A DNA stretch of 64,000 nt from Vicugna vicugna. Taxonomy: Eukaryota. The stretch spans positions 1,798,001-1,862,000 of the forward strand of contig MU058221.1 in the NCBI GenBank assembly GCA_013265495.1, in the 5' to 3' direction. Under the pieces are notes generated by a model. It saw nothing but the letters and a program-made list of their open reading frames with translations, did not search any database and was not told where the DNA came from. Positions 1-13,333 of this stretch are shown piece by piece. How positions within the stretch are numbered: the first letter of the stretch is position 1; each line of letters begins with the position of its first letter. Made by a program: the position numbers and the translations under genes.

Positions 1-299
1 TTAAACAAGAATTTTGGAGGAAATTCCTGAAACACCAACTTTGCAACCCTATCAGGACCTGCAGGTTCCAGATTACTTCAGTGTCCCATCCAACATCACT
101 TTCTCCTGTCTTCCGCTAGACCTCATGGTTCGTTTCATTATTCCTTCTCCTTTACCCTTAAAGCCCTCTGTCACCTGTCCTGCAACCACGACTTGGGTTA
201 ATGCAACCATTTAGTTTCTCCACACCTGTTTCCACACTGCCAAGGAGATTCATTCAACCATACAGATCAGAGACAGTACAAATCCATCCGCTCCCAAAA

Positions 300-402
300 T
301 CAATCAACCAATCTATCTATCTGTCTATCCATCTATCTGTCTCTCCATCTATCTCTCTATCCTTCTCTCTCTCTATCTCTCTATCTACCTGTCTTTTATC
401 TA
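300..402. repeat. Degenerate (TCAA)/(TCTA)/(TC) microsatellite
   Basis: Visible tandem tcaa/tcta/tctc units. Confidence 0.85.
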
Positions 403-699
403 CTTATTGCTTTACAATAACCCTTTTCTCTGATTTTCACTCTTTTCCTTTCCCTTTTTCCCCCCTTATAACCAAATCCTGAGACAGATTGTCCACACTT
501 ACGGAAACAAATAAGTAACTAGAAGTACTTACTCATCCATTTTCCATTCGGTCTCTAAATCGCTACAGTCTGTTTTCAGCACCTGTCACTTCATGCAGCT
601 GCTTCCCCCGAAGCCACTCACACTCACGATCCCAGTTCTCCCCAAGCCAGTCTGTCCTCATCATTCTTATGCTGCTACAACATTTGAACACTCCGCCCA

Positions 700-1060
700 C
701 CCCCCCAAAGAACAAGTCTGCCTTACGTGATGTCACTCCTCTGTTCCCCCGAATTCTGGCTGTTCCGTCTCAGTTTCTCCTCGGGGTCTTTTTCCTGTTC
801 TCCCTCTGATTATCTTCCCATCATAAGTGCTCCCCAAGTTTCCCCTCTGCTCATTCTTCTCCTCTCTGTACAGAGTCTCTCTTTCATGTGCAAAGGCCCA
901 GCTCCCCTTTAGACGCTGAGGTTCCCAAATCCTATATCTAAGTCAAAACTCTCCCCAGAGCTTCAGCCCGGTCTGCCTGCTGCGCATCCCCACCGAGATA
1001 TACTATCAGCATTTCAAGCTCCAAACATCCCAAACTGAATACACCTTCTCTTCCTTCAAA
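700..1060 (+). mobile_element. Ancient LINE-2 fragment
   Basis: Pyrimidine-rich L2-like text (cccaaatcctatatct...ctctccccagagcttcag...catttcaagctccaaacatcccaaactgaa); boundaries approximate. Confidence 0.65.
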
Positions 1061-2135
1061 TGCCCTCTCCACAAATCTGTGCCTGGTGCACAGCTGGTGG
1101 AACAAAGATATTGCAGGTGAGCAGAGAGAACTTTGGACTTGGAATCACTGAGTGACTTATCCAACGTAACATCTCCTGACCACCTACAGATCTCAGAAGC
1201 TAGATCTTCATGTGAAGAGCCATTCATCATTCATTCTTTAACAGCTTCTTAAAGGTTTAGGACTTAAAGGGTTAACGGCTTTGCAAGCTTCATTCTTAGT
1301 CATTCAGTCCCCTTCCTTAGCAGCTTCTCCAGCAGCTTTGCTGACAAGACTGCCTCTGAGATGGGCTTTGTGGTGCGGGGTCTCCAGGCTGGAGCAGGCA
1401 ACACAGCTGATCTGTGGATTCACGCGTCCGGCAGGGCGTGACGGCCAGTCTACACGGTCCTCCAGCCTTGCTTCTGGACCTCACAGGTCGGGTTAATTGG
1501 GATGTCTTTAGCAAGTGATGGGAGGAGCCAATCCTTGGATGTACCCCGTTAGTTGGTTTAGCCTGTCAGCATGATTTTGATTGTTTAGTGCCATCGTCAC
1601 AGGTTTCAAGAGGCGAAACAGGCGAAGCGGCTAATAAGTTAAGAACGCTTTGACTGAGTTCCATGAGGATGCAACGCGCATTGTGCAGGTTAATTGAATT
1701 TTTATGGATTAGTTCGCTTTTCTGGATTCTAAGAGGTTGCTCTGTTTCAGAGCCCGCTGCCAAGCCAGTGATGGGAGAAATTAGAAATCCCAAACTAAAT
1801 AAATTGCCCCTGCTTTTCACCGTGGGGGTCATTATGCACAAAGCAGCAAACGTGAAATGAGTAGGGAAGACGTTACAACGGAATTCTCGGTGACGCGGAC
1901 GTGTCAACAGCAATGCAAGGAAAACTTGTGATCTTACAGTAAACGATCAGACGGAGGACTTGCTCGCTGCAACGTTTGGAGTTTCCCATAACTGAAGCAA
2001 AAGGCCAGACAGTCGGTGCTTTCCGCGTCCCCAGGCAGCACATGGCGAGGCAGCGCCCCGAAGAGCTCAGTCGCGCTGGGTAGCTGAGGCCGCTCTACGC
2101 TAAAGGCTTTCAGAAAGTACGTGTCTTTTCATGAA

Positions 2136-2692
2136 TAGACTTTGGGTTTCAGAGTAAGCGTGGGCTTACGGAAATTTGAGCAGAAAGTGTAGCGAGTTAC
2201 TATGCCCCTCCTCACTGCCTGCCCCGCCACGCACACACCCACACCCACACACACAGAGTTTACACTAATAGTAACACCTTGCACTGGTGTTGTACCCTTG
2301 TCACTATTGTTGAATCAATGTTGATACTTAATTATTAAGTGAAGCCCACAGTTTGTACTCGGGTTGACTCTCTGCTGTGCACTCTCCGGGTTTTAACACA
2401 TGCGCAACGGCATGCCTCTGCCACCGCAGTGTCATGCGCAATAGTTCCACTGCCCTCAGATTCTCTTGTGTCCCACCGATTTACCTCTTCCTCCCACCCC
2501 CGGCCCCTGGCAGCCACTGAACTTTTCACTGTATCCATAGTTGTGCCTTTTCCAGAACGCCATGAAGCTACAGTCATGCAGCACGCAGCCTTCGCTACAT
2601 GCTGAGAGTGACTTACCTCGCTTAAGGTCACTCCGAGAATTTTCATGGCTCGATAGTCTGTTTACTGTTGAATAAGATTCCATTTTATGGAT
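2136..2692 (-). mobile_element. L1MC-type LINE-1 3' end
   Basis: Antisense L1M 3'UTR motifs: cccctggcagccactga, ccatagttgtgccttttccagaa, gaataagattccattttatggatgt. Confidence 0.75.
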
Positions 2693-4289
2693 GTCGATAT
2701 ACGTATTTTTAACAACAGACCACAGAACCCCCCGGAGCTCGGGAGCTGAATCCAGGACGTTGCCCCTCTTTCTCTCTCCAGTGGGAAAGAACCGTGTAGA
2801 ATCATTCGTTGTGGGAGGACGGAATTGTATGTGGCAGCCACATCAGGAGATGGTCAGAATCCTCTCTGTGTTCCCTACTTCAGTTGAAGTGCCATTGCAA
2901 ACCCCTTCCAACCAGTTACCCCAAGCCTGAAGAGTTTCCCCCTTAAATGTCTTAAGTTGTATTAGTCATTGGGGGCTTCCCCTTCTTTTAAATTCTCCTA
3001 CCTGCAGCTTGTTCAGATCTTCCTCGTTCTCCGCGAACTCCTGCAATAACCTGCCCGTTCTCTCTGCTTTCCGTCTGCGCTCTCCCTCCTTCCCCTTCTG
3101 CGCAACTGTGTTAAGTCCTCTGTTCTCAGTTGCAGTACACCTCGTGCATATTTCTCCTCGTGTGCCTGCCTTATTGTGGCTTATAAGGTTATCTGTTTCC
3201 ATATTGGCATTCCACAAGATTCGTGAGGACAAGGACTCAGCCATAAATCCACCACCCCTGGCATAGAGGTTGGTGCATAACGCAGTTTATAGATGTTATT
3301 TAAATGAATGAACGAGTACGTGCCCGAGGCCAAGCTGACTCCTGGCCAGGCACTGAGTAGAGCCCTTGAGGACAGCATCACAGAAGATGGCCAGAGCTGA
3401 CCCAGCCCACAGTCCTGGGCAGGAGAGCCTGAAATGGACCACAGGAGCCAGGATAAGGATCCCATGTTCTCGGTTCCTTTTTCTTCCTGCTAATGTCTTT
3501 GAACTCCACTGCCACACCTAGAGGTTAATTCTCTCTCTGCTCTGAGCTCTGAGCATGGCAGAGACAACATTGTCCCACTGCTCCGTCCCGTCTCCCCAGG
3601 TTCCCCTTTACAGTCAGGGTGTAATGCTGGGGTCATCCCTCAGGTGGCTGTCTTAGGAGTCAGAGGAGAAAGGTGTGGACCTTCTCATTAAGTAATTAGC
3701 TTTCCTTTGACCGGGGAATTGATTGGAAAAGACTTAGTGAGATCAAGCCCTAACCCACCTCTGAGCGCATCATCATGACAACACCCACCCCTAGTGTTCC
3801 CCGTCCTCTCCGCCCTCCCCCGCTGGCTCCAGGCCCTCCTATTCATTGGCTCCCGAGCAACGCAGAGGGGACCACGGCTCCTGTTTCTCTGGGAGAGGCT
3901 GTCTGCTCTTCTCGGCGTTTCAGGTCAAGCCAGGCTGGGCTCTGCTCCCTCCTGAAACAAAATATCAGACTCCTCTTTCCCCTCTGCCACTAGACTGAAG
4001 GGTGTCTGCAGGGGTGTGGGCCGAGCAAGGGACGGCTCTGATGTGTGTATCTCGTTCTTCAGTCTCGTTGGAGAGTCAGGGTCATCTTTCTCGTGTCAGG
4101 GAATATGAGCTGTCTTCTCAAGGAAGATGGATGAGACATCTGTCTAAAAATTTTCTAACCAACGTGTTTATGCAATTCCTCAGGACAAGCGAACTGTCGC
4201 TGTTTTGTTTTGCTTTGTTTGTGATAGCTCCCTTTCAAGACCTATGCAAATTAGACCCACATTTACTGGTTGCCAAGAAAAGAAGAGGA

Positions 4290-4615
4290 CTCATATTAAT
4301 TGAGTGTCTACCCAACTCTAGACATAAAGCTCAGGGACTTGCATAAACAGCTATCATTTCAATCTTCACAACAACCATAATAATAATTTTGCCAACATTT
4401 ATGGAGCTCTAATTATGTGTCAGGCCCTCTGTGAACACGTTTATTTGAGCGATCTCATTTCAGCCTCACAATCGCGCATTAATTCAGGCATTTGTAAATT
4501 ACCCTTGCTCTGCAGATAAGAATGAAACATAAAGAGAAGTGAATCAACTTGTCCAGGACAACATAATAAAGCAGGTCTGAGAAATGACTCCAGGGCCAAG
4601 CAAATCTGTGCCCAA
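4290..4615 (-). mobile_element. Two adjacent MIR SINE fragments
   Basis: tcatttcaatcttcacaacaacc and tctcatttcagcctcacaatc...cagataagaatgaaac...aacttgtccagga resemble the antisense MIR core. Confidence 0.65.
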
Positions 4616-5949
4616 ACTCGTAGATACGGCGCTGCAGGGCTGTTCTGACCACATAAGGTAGGAATTATTATTACAGCCCAAGAATGCAACTTGAAAACAG
4701 AGGGAAAGCCAGGCTGGAAAATCAGTTTGGTCTCACCATCGACTCAAGCTCTTGTGTTAGAGACTAGAGGTCTTGAGCCGGAATGGAGTCCTGTTCATAC
4801 AGGACTTTGCGGATGAGATGTAGGAGGGGAGGCAGGAGGGCAGGCTCTCCCGCTTCCCCCCTCCCCAGGCCACTTCACGTCTTCACAGTAGACGCTAGTC
4901 CAGAGAAGAGGTAGGGAAACTGGCACCGCCATCCCACAACAGAATTCAGATCCTCTAAATTTGTTTGGATAACAGAAAAAGAAAGTGGGTTTCAATGCAG
5001 TTTGCACTGTGATGTTTCCACTCTCGTGAAGGGGTTACATGTCCCAGGCCTGCTGAGGAAGGCATCCGTGGTGCAAACAGCTTACCCAGGTGGACAGGTG
5101 TGCTTTGATCGAGCATTCATAAACCAAAGGATTCAGCACATCCTATAAAAAAGGGAAATGATTTTCCCCCCAGTGGTTCTTTTTTCAATAGATGGCATTA
5201 TTTTAAGAACTCAAAAAAAAAAAAACCTGTATTAAGAAGTCACTAAAATATATTGCAGTTATAAATATCAAAGATTGAACCAAACCCAATAAGGACAAAC
5301 TTTGAGTCAGAAGTTGTCAGAGCTTCATCCACAGGGAAGATCTGTAAACGAAACAGATACGGGCATTTTTTAAGGTGGCCCCGAGCTCACGGGCAGTCTG
5401 AGCAGGGAGGCATTGAGAAGTGAGCGGCTGGCTGAGTGTAGGTTCCACTGAGTATCGACTGGTCTTATCTGAGATCCACACAAGTGAACGGTGGAGTAAA
5501 ACTCTCAGTGAGACCGCCAGCTTGGCAGAGAAGCTCCGAGCATCCTGAGCAGGACAAGCCACGCTGACAAGGAACGGCGACACCAGGGTGTTGTTGGGCT
5601 GAGTGTGTGAGACTGGGGCACACCGGTACCCGGGGAGCGTCCATGTGGGCAGGTGCAGAGCAGAAGGACTGAGGGAGAAAATGTGAAATCATTTTAAAAC
5701 AAAAACAGAAGTGGATTTAATTGAAAAATGAACACATCCTTATGTGACACAATATCTACACATGCAGGGATGTATGTAAATTCAGATGCCCTGATGTGGG
5801 TTTACCCCTGGTCCTCAGTTTCGGTGACTCTGTCTTAGCTGGTCTGCGCTTGGTCTCTCGTCTGTGTTTTGCTACATTCTTCACTCTTTTTGTTTTCAGT
5901 CTTAACCCCGGTAAGTACTCACTCTTAAGTCATTAATTTGCCTTATTGA

Positions 5950-6830
5950 TACTGAGCTACACAATGAATTGTACTTTTAAGTTTTCAAAGTGACAATTTT
6001 CCTGAGATCTATACACGTTGCTACTATCTATGTAAGACCAATTTATAGCTGGACAGAAATCTATAACTTTTAGCTTATGCGTAACACTCCATACCTCCCA
6101 GATAACACACTTCTGATGGACACTTGAGCGGTTTCAGATTTTTAGCGCCTGCAAGCAGTGCTGCGATGAATATCCTTGCCCTTTCATTCGCATTTCTGTG
6201 CGTCTGTGTGAGAAATTATCCAAGTTCCATATCCAGGCTTAGATACGCACATACTTAATCTTATCAAGTGCTTCCAACTCATTTCAGAGCAGCTGGACTA
6301 GTTTACAATTGCTGCTTTCACGTCCTCACCAGAACGTGATTTTATCTGACTTCATTTTTGCCAATCAGATGGGTAGAAGGTAGTGTCACCACTGTTGTTT
6401 TAATTTGCATTTATCTGGTAACTATGAGATTGGGCATCTCTTTACATGCACACTGGCAATTTTGGGTTTTGTCTTCTGTGCATGGCCTATTCATATTTTG
6501 AATATTCGGTTTCCTATTGCGATCACTATCTTTTTTTCTGCTGATTTGCAGATATCCTATATACTCGTCCCTTATTATTTGTATATGTTAATTAATGTTA
6601 ATCCTTCATTAGTTACATATACACACATGAATATTTATTCTCTCACGATGTCCTAAATTTACAACCTGATTTTGACATATTCAGATCCATCAAACGTTTC
6701 CTTTCCTGGTGTTTGCTTTTGGAGTCTTATTTAAGAAAGTTTTGCCTTTTCGTATCCTATCACGTCACCAATGGTTTTCTAGATTTACCCAGCATGTTTT
6801 CACTTTTAATCTACATAGAAATTATTTCAG
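5950..6830 (-). mobile_element. Old L1M/L1ME fragment
   Basis: gtgctgcgatgaatatcctt, tttaatttgcatttatctg, tcttatttaagaaa are typical of antisense old L1 ORF2/3'UTR. Confidence 0.65.
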
Positions 6831-8989
6831 TTTACTATTTGAAGTATAACGCAGTGTCACTGGGGGATTAAAGCAGGCAGAGGAATTATAACTTGGACAA
6901 GCGGGTTCATCGACAAAGCCCTTCAGCAAGGGGTTCTGTCCGTCAGCTACGTGTGTATGACGTGATCCAGTGACTTACTGCGGCTGTGAAATGATGTGGT
7001 TCGTTTAGATAATCCCCAGGGACTTGTGTGGCACTGAGTTCTATAATTGCCTCTCACTAGTCTTCAGAAGGTGGAATGGTGACACCAGATGAAGACTCGT
7101 TGTGCCTGAAGGTAAGACTCTGTCCCAGCAGGCTGTGAGTCGTTAAGAAGCCAGCAACCTCCTCCACACGCCTGATCTCCATTTCAGTCGCTCTTCTCTC
7201 CTCTGTGGGACCTTGTTGCCCTCACGCTGCCCTTGAGCTGCTAGAAACCCCACCTCAGTGCTCTCCCTGTTGAGTCCTCCCACCGAGACCCCACGGTGGG
7301 CATCCCGTCGTCCTTCCTCCAGCAAATCTGCTCTGTGGGCTTTCGCCTTTGCAGAAGCAGCCTTCAGCCCCTTGGCATGCGGAACAAGTCTGGTAAGTCT
7401 TTTCCCATAGAAGTGTTTACACCTGAGTTACATCCATGCGTTGTTTCCCAAGGGCAGTGTTATTGTAACCAGACATAAGGTTTTAATCAAAATGTAAAGC
7501 TTTAGTCAACTGAAAGAAATACGAGTAGAAATATGCATTTGGCCAGCCCTCCTTCTGGAGAATTTTCAAATAATGTGACATGCTCAGTTCTCCTTTGCTG
7601 ACTTAGGAGCTGGACTCTGCAGGCTTTCATTCTTGTGTGAAATCTCCCTTCTGACCCTTCTTAGAATATACGCTTTGTTTTCCCCCAGCAGCACAGGTCC
7701 AGGCTGCGAGCTAGGCTCCATTTGTCTCCTTCATTCATTCAACAAGGATTCATGCACCAGGAATTAAACTCAGCAACTTGTAGGGCTCAGACTCTGTTGA
7801 AAATTCAAGCAATAGTTAAGGTGAGGAAATTGTTTTCTTTTTCGGTTGTCGGGTTTTGTTTGTTTGTTTTTTGTTTACCAGATTTGAGGGGGTCCATATG
7901 TGAAGGTCCGATCAGGGTGGAAGCTGAAGTCCAAAAATGATAGTTACAGCCTTTGGCAAAATCCACGTTTCGCACCCAGCTTAGATCTAACTCTTGACCT
8001 TCATCCACAGTGCAGAGTAGTTGGCTGGATGTCTGTCATAATTCTAATATCACTGCAAAGATGAAATGCAGGAATCACGCAGACATCTCATCAAAAGCTA
8101 ACGAAACAAGGGTATGTTTTCATCCTGATGGATTTTCCTAGCTTAAACCCTGTCGCCCTCATTCCTTCATCCTCCTTTCTAAGAAATGAGTTCCTTCTTT
8201 TTTTTTAACTTCTGTTCAAAGCTAGCTGGCTTCTTAACACTCCATGAATAGCTAGTATTAAACACTGTCTCTCTGTAATTAGTGTTTGTGCATAGAGCAA
8301 TTAATTAGCTTACAGTATTAGCCACGTTTCTCCCGCCCTCAAGGAACTGAAGGGCCAAGATGCTGATGGCTAGAGAAAAAAATTACTTCAGTGGCTTTGA
8401 TTAATTTTCAATACGCCATCCTCAAGCACTTCCACAGAGGCAATACTTTATGCCTTCACCTCTCTTCTGCATTTTGTAGCTGGGGCGGGGCCTGGGCAGG
8501 CGACACGTGTCTGTGTAATTGCTTCTGAGAGGAGGGACTGGTGTCACCATTTGGCCTGACCTCTCCAGTCTATGGTTTCGGAGCTTCCTATAAATGTATC
8601 AGTCCAGTTACATACCACCATATCTGTGTGTGTGTGTGTGTGTTTATTTTCAGCTGCTGATCTTGTACGTTCAATTGCATTTTAACAACCCTGCATTTTC
8701 ACTCACCCAGAGTGTTTTATAGATTGGTTTGTAGTCGTTCTGGAGCTAGCCATTGCAAAGAGATCTCCAGTCACAGGGCATCTCATGCTGGGTTTTTCTG
8801 GGACACAAATTAACATGGAAACAAGCCTGCCCTCTTGGGAGTTGAGTCTTCACCCTGTGCCCACGGATAGATCGATTATAACCAGACCAAGTGTCTCCCC
8901 TGTGCCAAGCCAGGCAATGGTCCATAAATACTCTCCAAGGTGCCAGTCCTGTGCCTCTGCCTTCATGTTAAGCACACCTGCAGTATCTT

Positions 8990-9350
8990 TTTCTTCTGTG
9001 GGTGTCAAAACCGTTATGGAGGGAAATTTGGCTACTTATGTCCTAACAGGATTCACTTGTTTAGACCTGCTAATTCTAAGAATTTATCCTGGGAAAATAA
9101 ATATACACCCAGATTGATGTACAAGGTGATTCACTGCAGTATGTTCACATTTATTTTACAACTTAAATTTACTGCAAATGAATGTAGAATAAATTATGAT
9201 AACCTATAATGACATAGCAGTCACTAAAATTATGTATTTGAAAAAATTAGTGACAGAAAATTCTTCTAATGCAATATAAATGGAGAAAAAAATAGGTATA
9301 TGTAATCGTAACTGTTAAAAAGAAGTACACCTTTAAGCATAAAAATATGA
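8990..9350 (+). mobile_element. Old L1ME 3' fragment
   Basis: gacctgctaattctaagaatttatcct...gatgtacaaggtgattcactgcagtatgtt. Confidence 0.55.
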
Positions 9351-9529
9351 CATACCGATGAATATGATGTATGTAGGGAAAGATAATTAACTTCTTTTTC
9401 ACTTCAGGTGTGGAAAGTGTCCAACCTGCAGGGAAACCCTGTGGGTTGGACTCTGTTCTAAAGGAACAAAGTACTGCCTGCAGGGATAAAATTGTACAAT
9501 CCAAGGTGGATTGTTTCATGTGCCCTATA

Positions 9530-9938
9530 TTTTTACAACTCCTGGAAATAGCATATCGATTTTCCTGTCCCAGATACAACTTCCCCACTGTGGGCAATCC
9601 TGATAGGTGCCCACTTCTTCCTGGTCAAGGCGGCAGGCACATGACCCAGTCCAGACCAGACTGGATTCGCTGTCTCTCAGGGATCTGAATTAAGGAAACA
9701 GGAATAAAAAGTATTAATATTGACCTGACCCCTGTAACAGTGACCTGAAGAGATAGACCATTACTTTTTATGACTAAAATCCCTGTTGCCACTCTCTCTC
9801 CATTTTTTCTGAACTTAATTCTTCAGCTGTTCCTTTAATTCTCAACCTGCCATTTAAGCTTCTGATAAATGTATTTTTGTTAAAGTTAACCAGAGTTGGA
9901 ATATGTGTCTTATAACCAAAGAATCATAAATTAATACA
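9530..9938 (+). mobile_element. ERVL/MaLR-class solo LTR (LTR16/MLT1-like)
   Basis: ggcacatgacccag motif and characteristic terminus ccagagttgg...aaccaaagaatcataaattaataca. Confidence 0.55.
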
Positions 9939-9964
9939 GTAAAAATAAAATCATGTGCTCTTTA

Positions 9965-10710
9965 AAAGGGAGCCCTCCTACACTGCTGGTGGGAATGCAG
10001 TTTGTTGCAGCCATTAGAGAAAGCAGTATGGAGATTCCTCAAAAGACTAGGAATAGACTTACCGTATGACCCAGGAATCCCGCTCCTGGGCATATATCCA
10101 GAAGGAACCCTACTTCAGGATGACACCTGCACCCCAATGTTCATAGCAGCACTATTTACAATAGCCAAGACATGGAAACAGCCTAAATGTCCATCAATGG
10201 ATGACTGGATAAAGAAGATGTGGTATATTTATACAGTGGAATATTATTCAGCCATAAAAACTGACAACATAACACCATTTGCAGCAACATGGATGCTCCT
10301 GGAGAATGTCATTCTAAGTGAAGTAAGCCACAAAGAGAAAGAAAAATACCATATGAGATCGCTCACATGTGGAATCTAAAAAAAAAAAAAAGACAGATGA
10401 AGTTAAACATAAAATAGAAACAGACTCACAGACGTTGAATACAAACTTGCGGTTACCAGTGGGGAGGAGAGTGGGAAGGGACAGACTGGGAGTTTCTGAA
10501 TTGTAGACACTGACAGGTGTATATAGAATAAACAAGATTATACTGTATAGCGCAGGGAAATATATACAAAATCTTGTGGTAGCTCACGGTGAAAAAGAAT
10601 GTGACAATGAATATACGTATGTTCATATATGACTGAAAAATTGTGCTCTACACTGGAATTTGACACAACATTGTAAACTGACTATAACTCAATAAAATAA
10701 TTTTTTTTAA
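9965..10710 (+). mobile_element. Lineage-specific 5'-truncated LINE-1 (ORF2 C-terminus + 3'UTR) with TSD
   Basis: ORF 10002-10379 is the L1 ORF2 C-terminus ([24 protein letters not shown]...TPMFIAALFTIAKTWKQPKCP...SLTCGI*). AATAAA at 10691. 18-bp TSD aaaa(t/c)catgtgctcttta at 9947-9964 and 10711-10728. Confidence 0.95.
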
Positions 10711-11499
10711 AAAACCATGTGCTCTTTATGTGGTTGGGATCCCAGATCCAAGGCCAGTGAGGTTCCCGAGCACATCCCAGTATGTGACCTCCCTTGCCTC
10801 TGGGTCTACAAGCCCCCTCTTCATTCCTTGTTGCAAGTGGCCGATGCTGAGATGCTATTGGTGAAATTCAGCTGCCTTGTACTTGTTTTCTAGCACGCAC
10901 ACTGCCCAGAGGGGCAGTTCTTGTCTGGAGAGCTGGCAAAGGGACCCCGTCTGCACGGCTCTGTGTGGCAGCCTCCCAGATGCCCCTGTGCTGATGGCCT
11001 GCAGTGGGTGACATTGCCATCAGAAAGCCAGGGAATGGTCTTCTGGAATTCTTTTTTTTTTTTATTTCAGTGCAAGAATCATTTGATGCTCATGTAAGAT
11101 GAATTGATTTTTTTTTTTCCTGGTGGCAATTATTTCTCCAGTGGTTGGCATTTTCTACTCACATGGCTTAAATTCAGGGACATTACAATCTCTGAATAAC
11201 CGGAAGTCTCAGCTTGACTTTCATAACTTTTTTCCCCTGTGGAAAAGTTTGCCACAATAGGTTTTAAATTATACAAGAGTACACTGAAGCAGTAACGAAA
11301 CACTACAGGATCCTACCAGGTGAAGGTGTTACAAGGTAACTCTAAATGCTCCCTCAATGCTTCTGCCAGGAGGGTTTTCCCTCAGCCTTCCCATCCATTC
11401 CTACTCTAAACCTAGCTCAAAAGTCAGCCCTTCTAGAGTAAATATGACCCAGGATAATGTTTAAAAAATCATCTTGTTTCAGGTAGACAGAACCAGAGT

Positions 11500-11720
11500 G
11501 GACATTTGCTCAGTCTCTTGCAAACTGTGTGATTTTTATCAAGTTGTATGATCTCTCTGAGAATCGCTTTTCAGGCATCTAAATATCTATTGACCTATTT
11601 ATTGACATATCTGTGTAGAGCCATGTAAATTTCCATGAAGATTAAATACGGTAACGCCTGTAAAGCACCCGGTATATGGAAAGGTGTGCAAGTATCCTGC
11701 CCCTAATGACACCCACCTGT
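11500..11720 (+). mobile_element. MIR SINE
   Basis: ctgtgtgatttttatcaagttgtatgatctctctgag...gaagattaaatacggtaacgcctgtaaagcacc. Confidence 0.6.
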
Positions 11721-12009
11721 CTGGTGGGGCCGTTATCCTGGACAGGATACTTGCCACAGCCCATCCCAGCCAGGGTCCACACACAGAACAGTGGTCACCG
11801 GGAGGACTTTGCGTATGAAGCCGGGAAGCAACGGGAGGAGAAAGGCAGGGCTGCCTCAGGACACCGCCGAGATACAGGCAGGAGGGAGAAAATGTCACAG
11901 GCAACATGCAATGAACCCCACTGGCAGAACCAGTAAACGAAAATGCAGAACTCCTCACTTTGGGCTCCTATAAAAATAGGGACTCTGTTAACGAGTGCTC
12001 CATTTTTTT

Positions 12010-12135
12010 GGCCGCTATGCTTACTGTTTCACGAGCATCACCTCATTTATTCTTCATAAAAATCCTATGCGGTAGACATTGGTCCATTTTTCAGATGGGG
12101 GAACTGAGGCTTGGAATGGCTCCATTGTCCAGTCA
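12010..12135 (-). mobile_element. MIR SINE fragment
   Basis: ccatttttcagatgggggaactgaggctt MIR core. Confidence 0.65.
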
Positions 12136-13173
12136 AATCTTCAGTGTTCAGAAGTGGCTGAGTTGTTATGGGAAACCAGTTGCCTGATCTAAAATACACA
12201 GAGATCAAAACCTGAGGGTGGAGTCCCTCGGAGAACTCCTTGAAACCTAAATTTTCAGGAGAAAAGGAGACCGCTGGAGCCGGAGAGACCTGGGGGGCTA
12301 CCAGGCTTGAAGGCAGTAACAAGGGGACGTTGAGTGTGCCTCCTCTCAGCATTTCAAATAGCGTGGCCCGAGCCGAAACCCATGGCGACGCGCCGGGTTT
12401 CCACCCAATGTGAACTAGGGCACAGAGTTAACTACTTGGGTCCCAAATACTTCCATTTAAATATTCAGATAATTGAGGGAAAAGTACTTCAGTGTGTGTT
12501 ACTCCAATAACAATTTCCATTGGCCTCTAGCCTCTCCAGACACAGGGGTCTTCCCTTGGTCCTTTTTTTTAAGAGAATCTCTGTACTTGCGAAGATTTCA
12601 TTTGCTTCTCACCCTGCTTCTCACTCTCCTTAACTTGGTCTTGGTTAAGTACGAGGCAGCTGCTACCTGTGACCCTGCCACTCCCCACGCTGTGCGGCAC
12701 ATTAGGTTTTTGTAGGTCAACAATAGAACCGGCACTGGCAGAGGCAAATCACTTGTCAAGGATCACTGAGTGTCAATGCAGTATTGACACAAAAGTTACG
12801 ACCTGCAAAATGGAAACTCCGTTTGGCAGTGTTAACCGATGGCCTTGTCCACAGGTGGTTGCATCACACATACTGACGGTGTAGGCTCTTCTACTTAGTC
12901 TGGTTGAACAGTGGGTGGAAAGGAAGCAAGGGTGGAACAGAAGGAACACACAGGACGCTGCATCAACAGGGAATGAGTTTGGGAAGAGCACATCAAAGGA
13001 GTTTATTCAATCAGGTGTGTAGTCATTCATCTCTGGACAAGTATTTACTAAGTATCTCTAATATTAACAGTGTTCAGCGGTGTTTCTTCAAGTTCTGTAG
13101 CTCATGGCTTTCGGACACCGTGGCATTTGTTAAATGCACTTTCGTTGGTTTCAACCTAGAATTTATTTTTCCC

Positions 13174-13333
13174 CAGGGGAAAGCGTGAACACAGTCCCCC
13201 ACGACCACAAATTACTGCAGTCACGTTCCCCACATTTGGGGAGATCACAGGGGTCAGCACACCCAGAGTGCAACAGGTGAGCCTCGCCCTGGGAAAGCCA
13301 CCTTCGTGATCATGGCATCTCCCTGCCAGGTGA
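13174..13333 (-). pseudogene. Processed U1 snRNA pseudogene (near full length)
   Basis: Reverse complement reads TCACCTGGCAGGGAGATGCCATGATCACGAAGGTGGCTTTCCCAGGGCGAGGCTCACC...AATTTGTGG(Sm site)...TTCACGCTTTCCCCTG, i.e. U1 with many substitutions and lacking the first ~4 nt. Short A-rich tail. 14-bp TSD tca(a/g)cct(a/g)gaattt at 13151-13164 and 13334-13347. Confidence 0.95.

Noticed and set aside
10002..10379. 125-aa ORF as a host gene (likewise 31607-31984)
   Set aside because: It is the L1 ORF2 C-terminus of a 5'-truncated insertion
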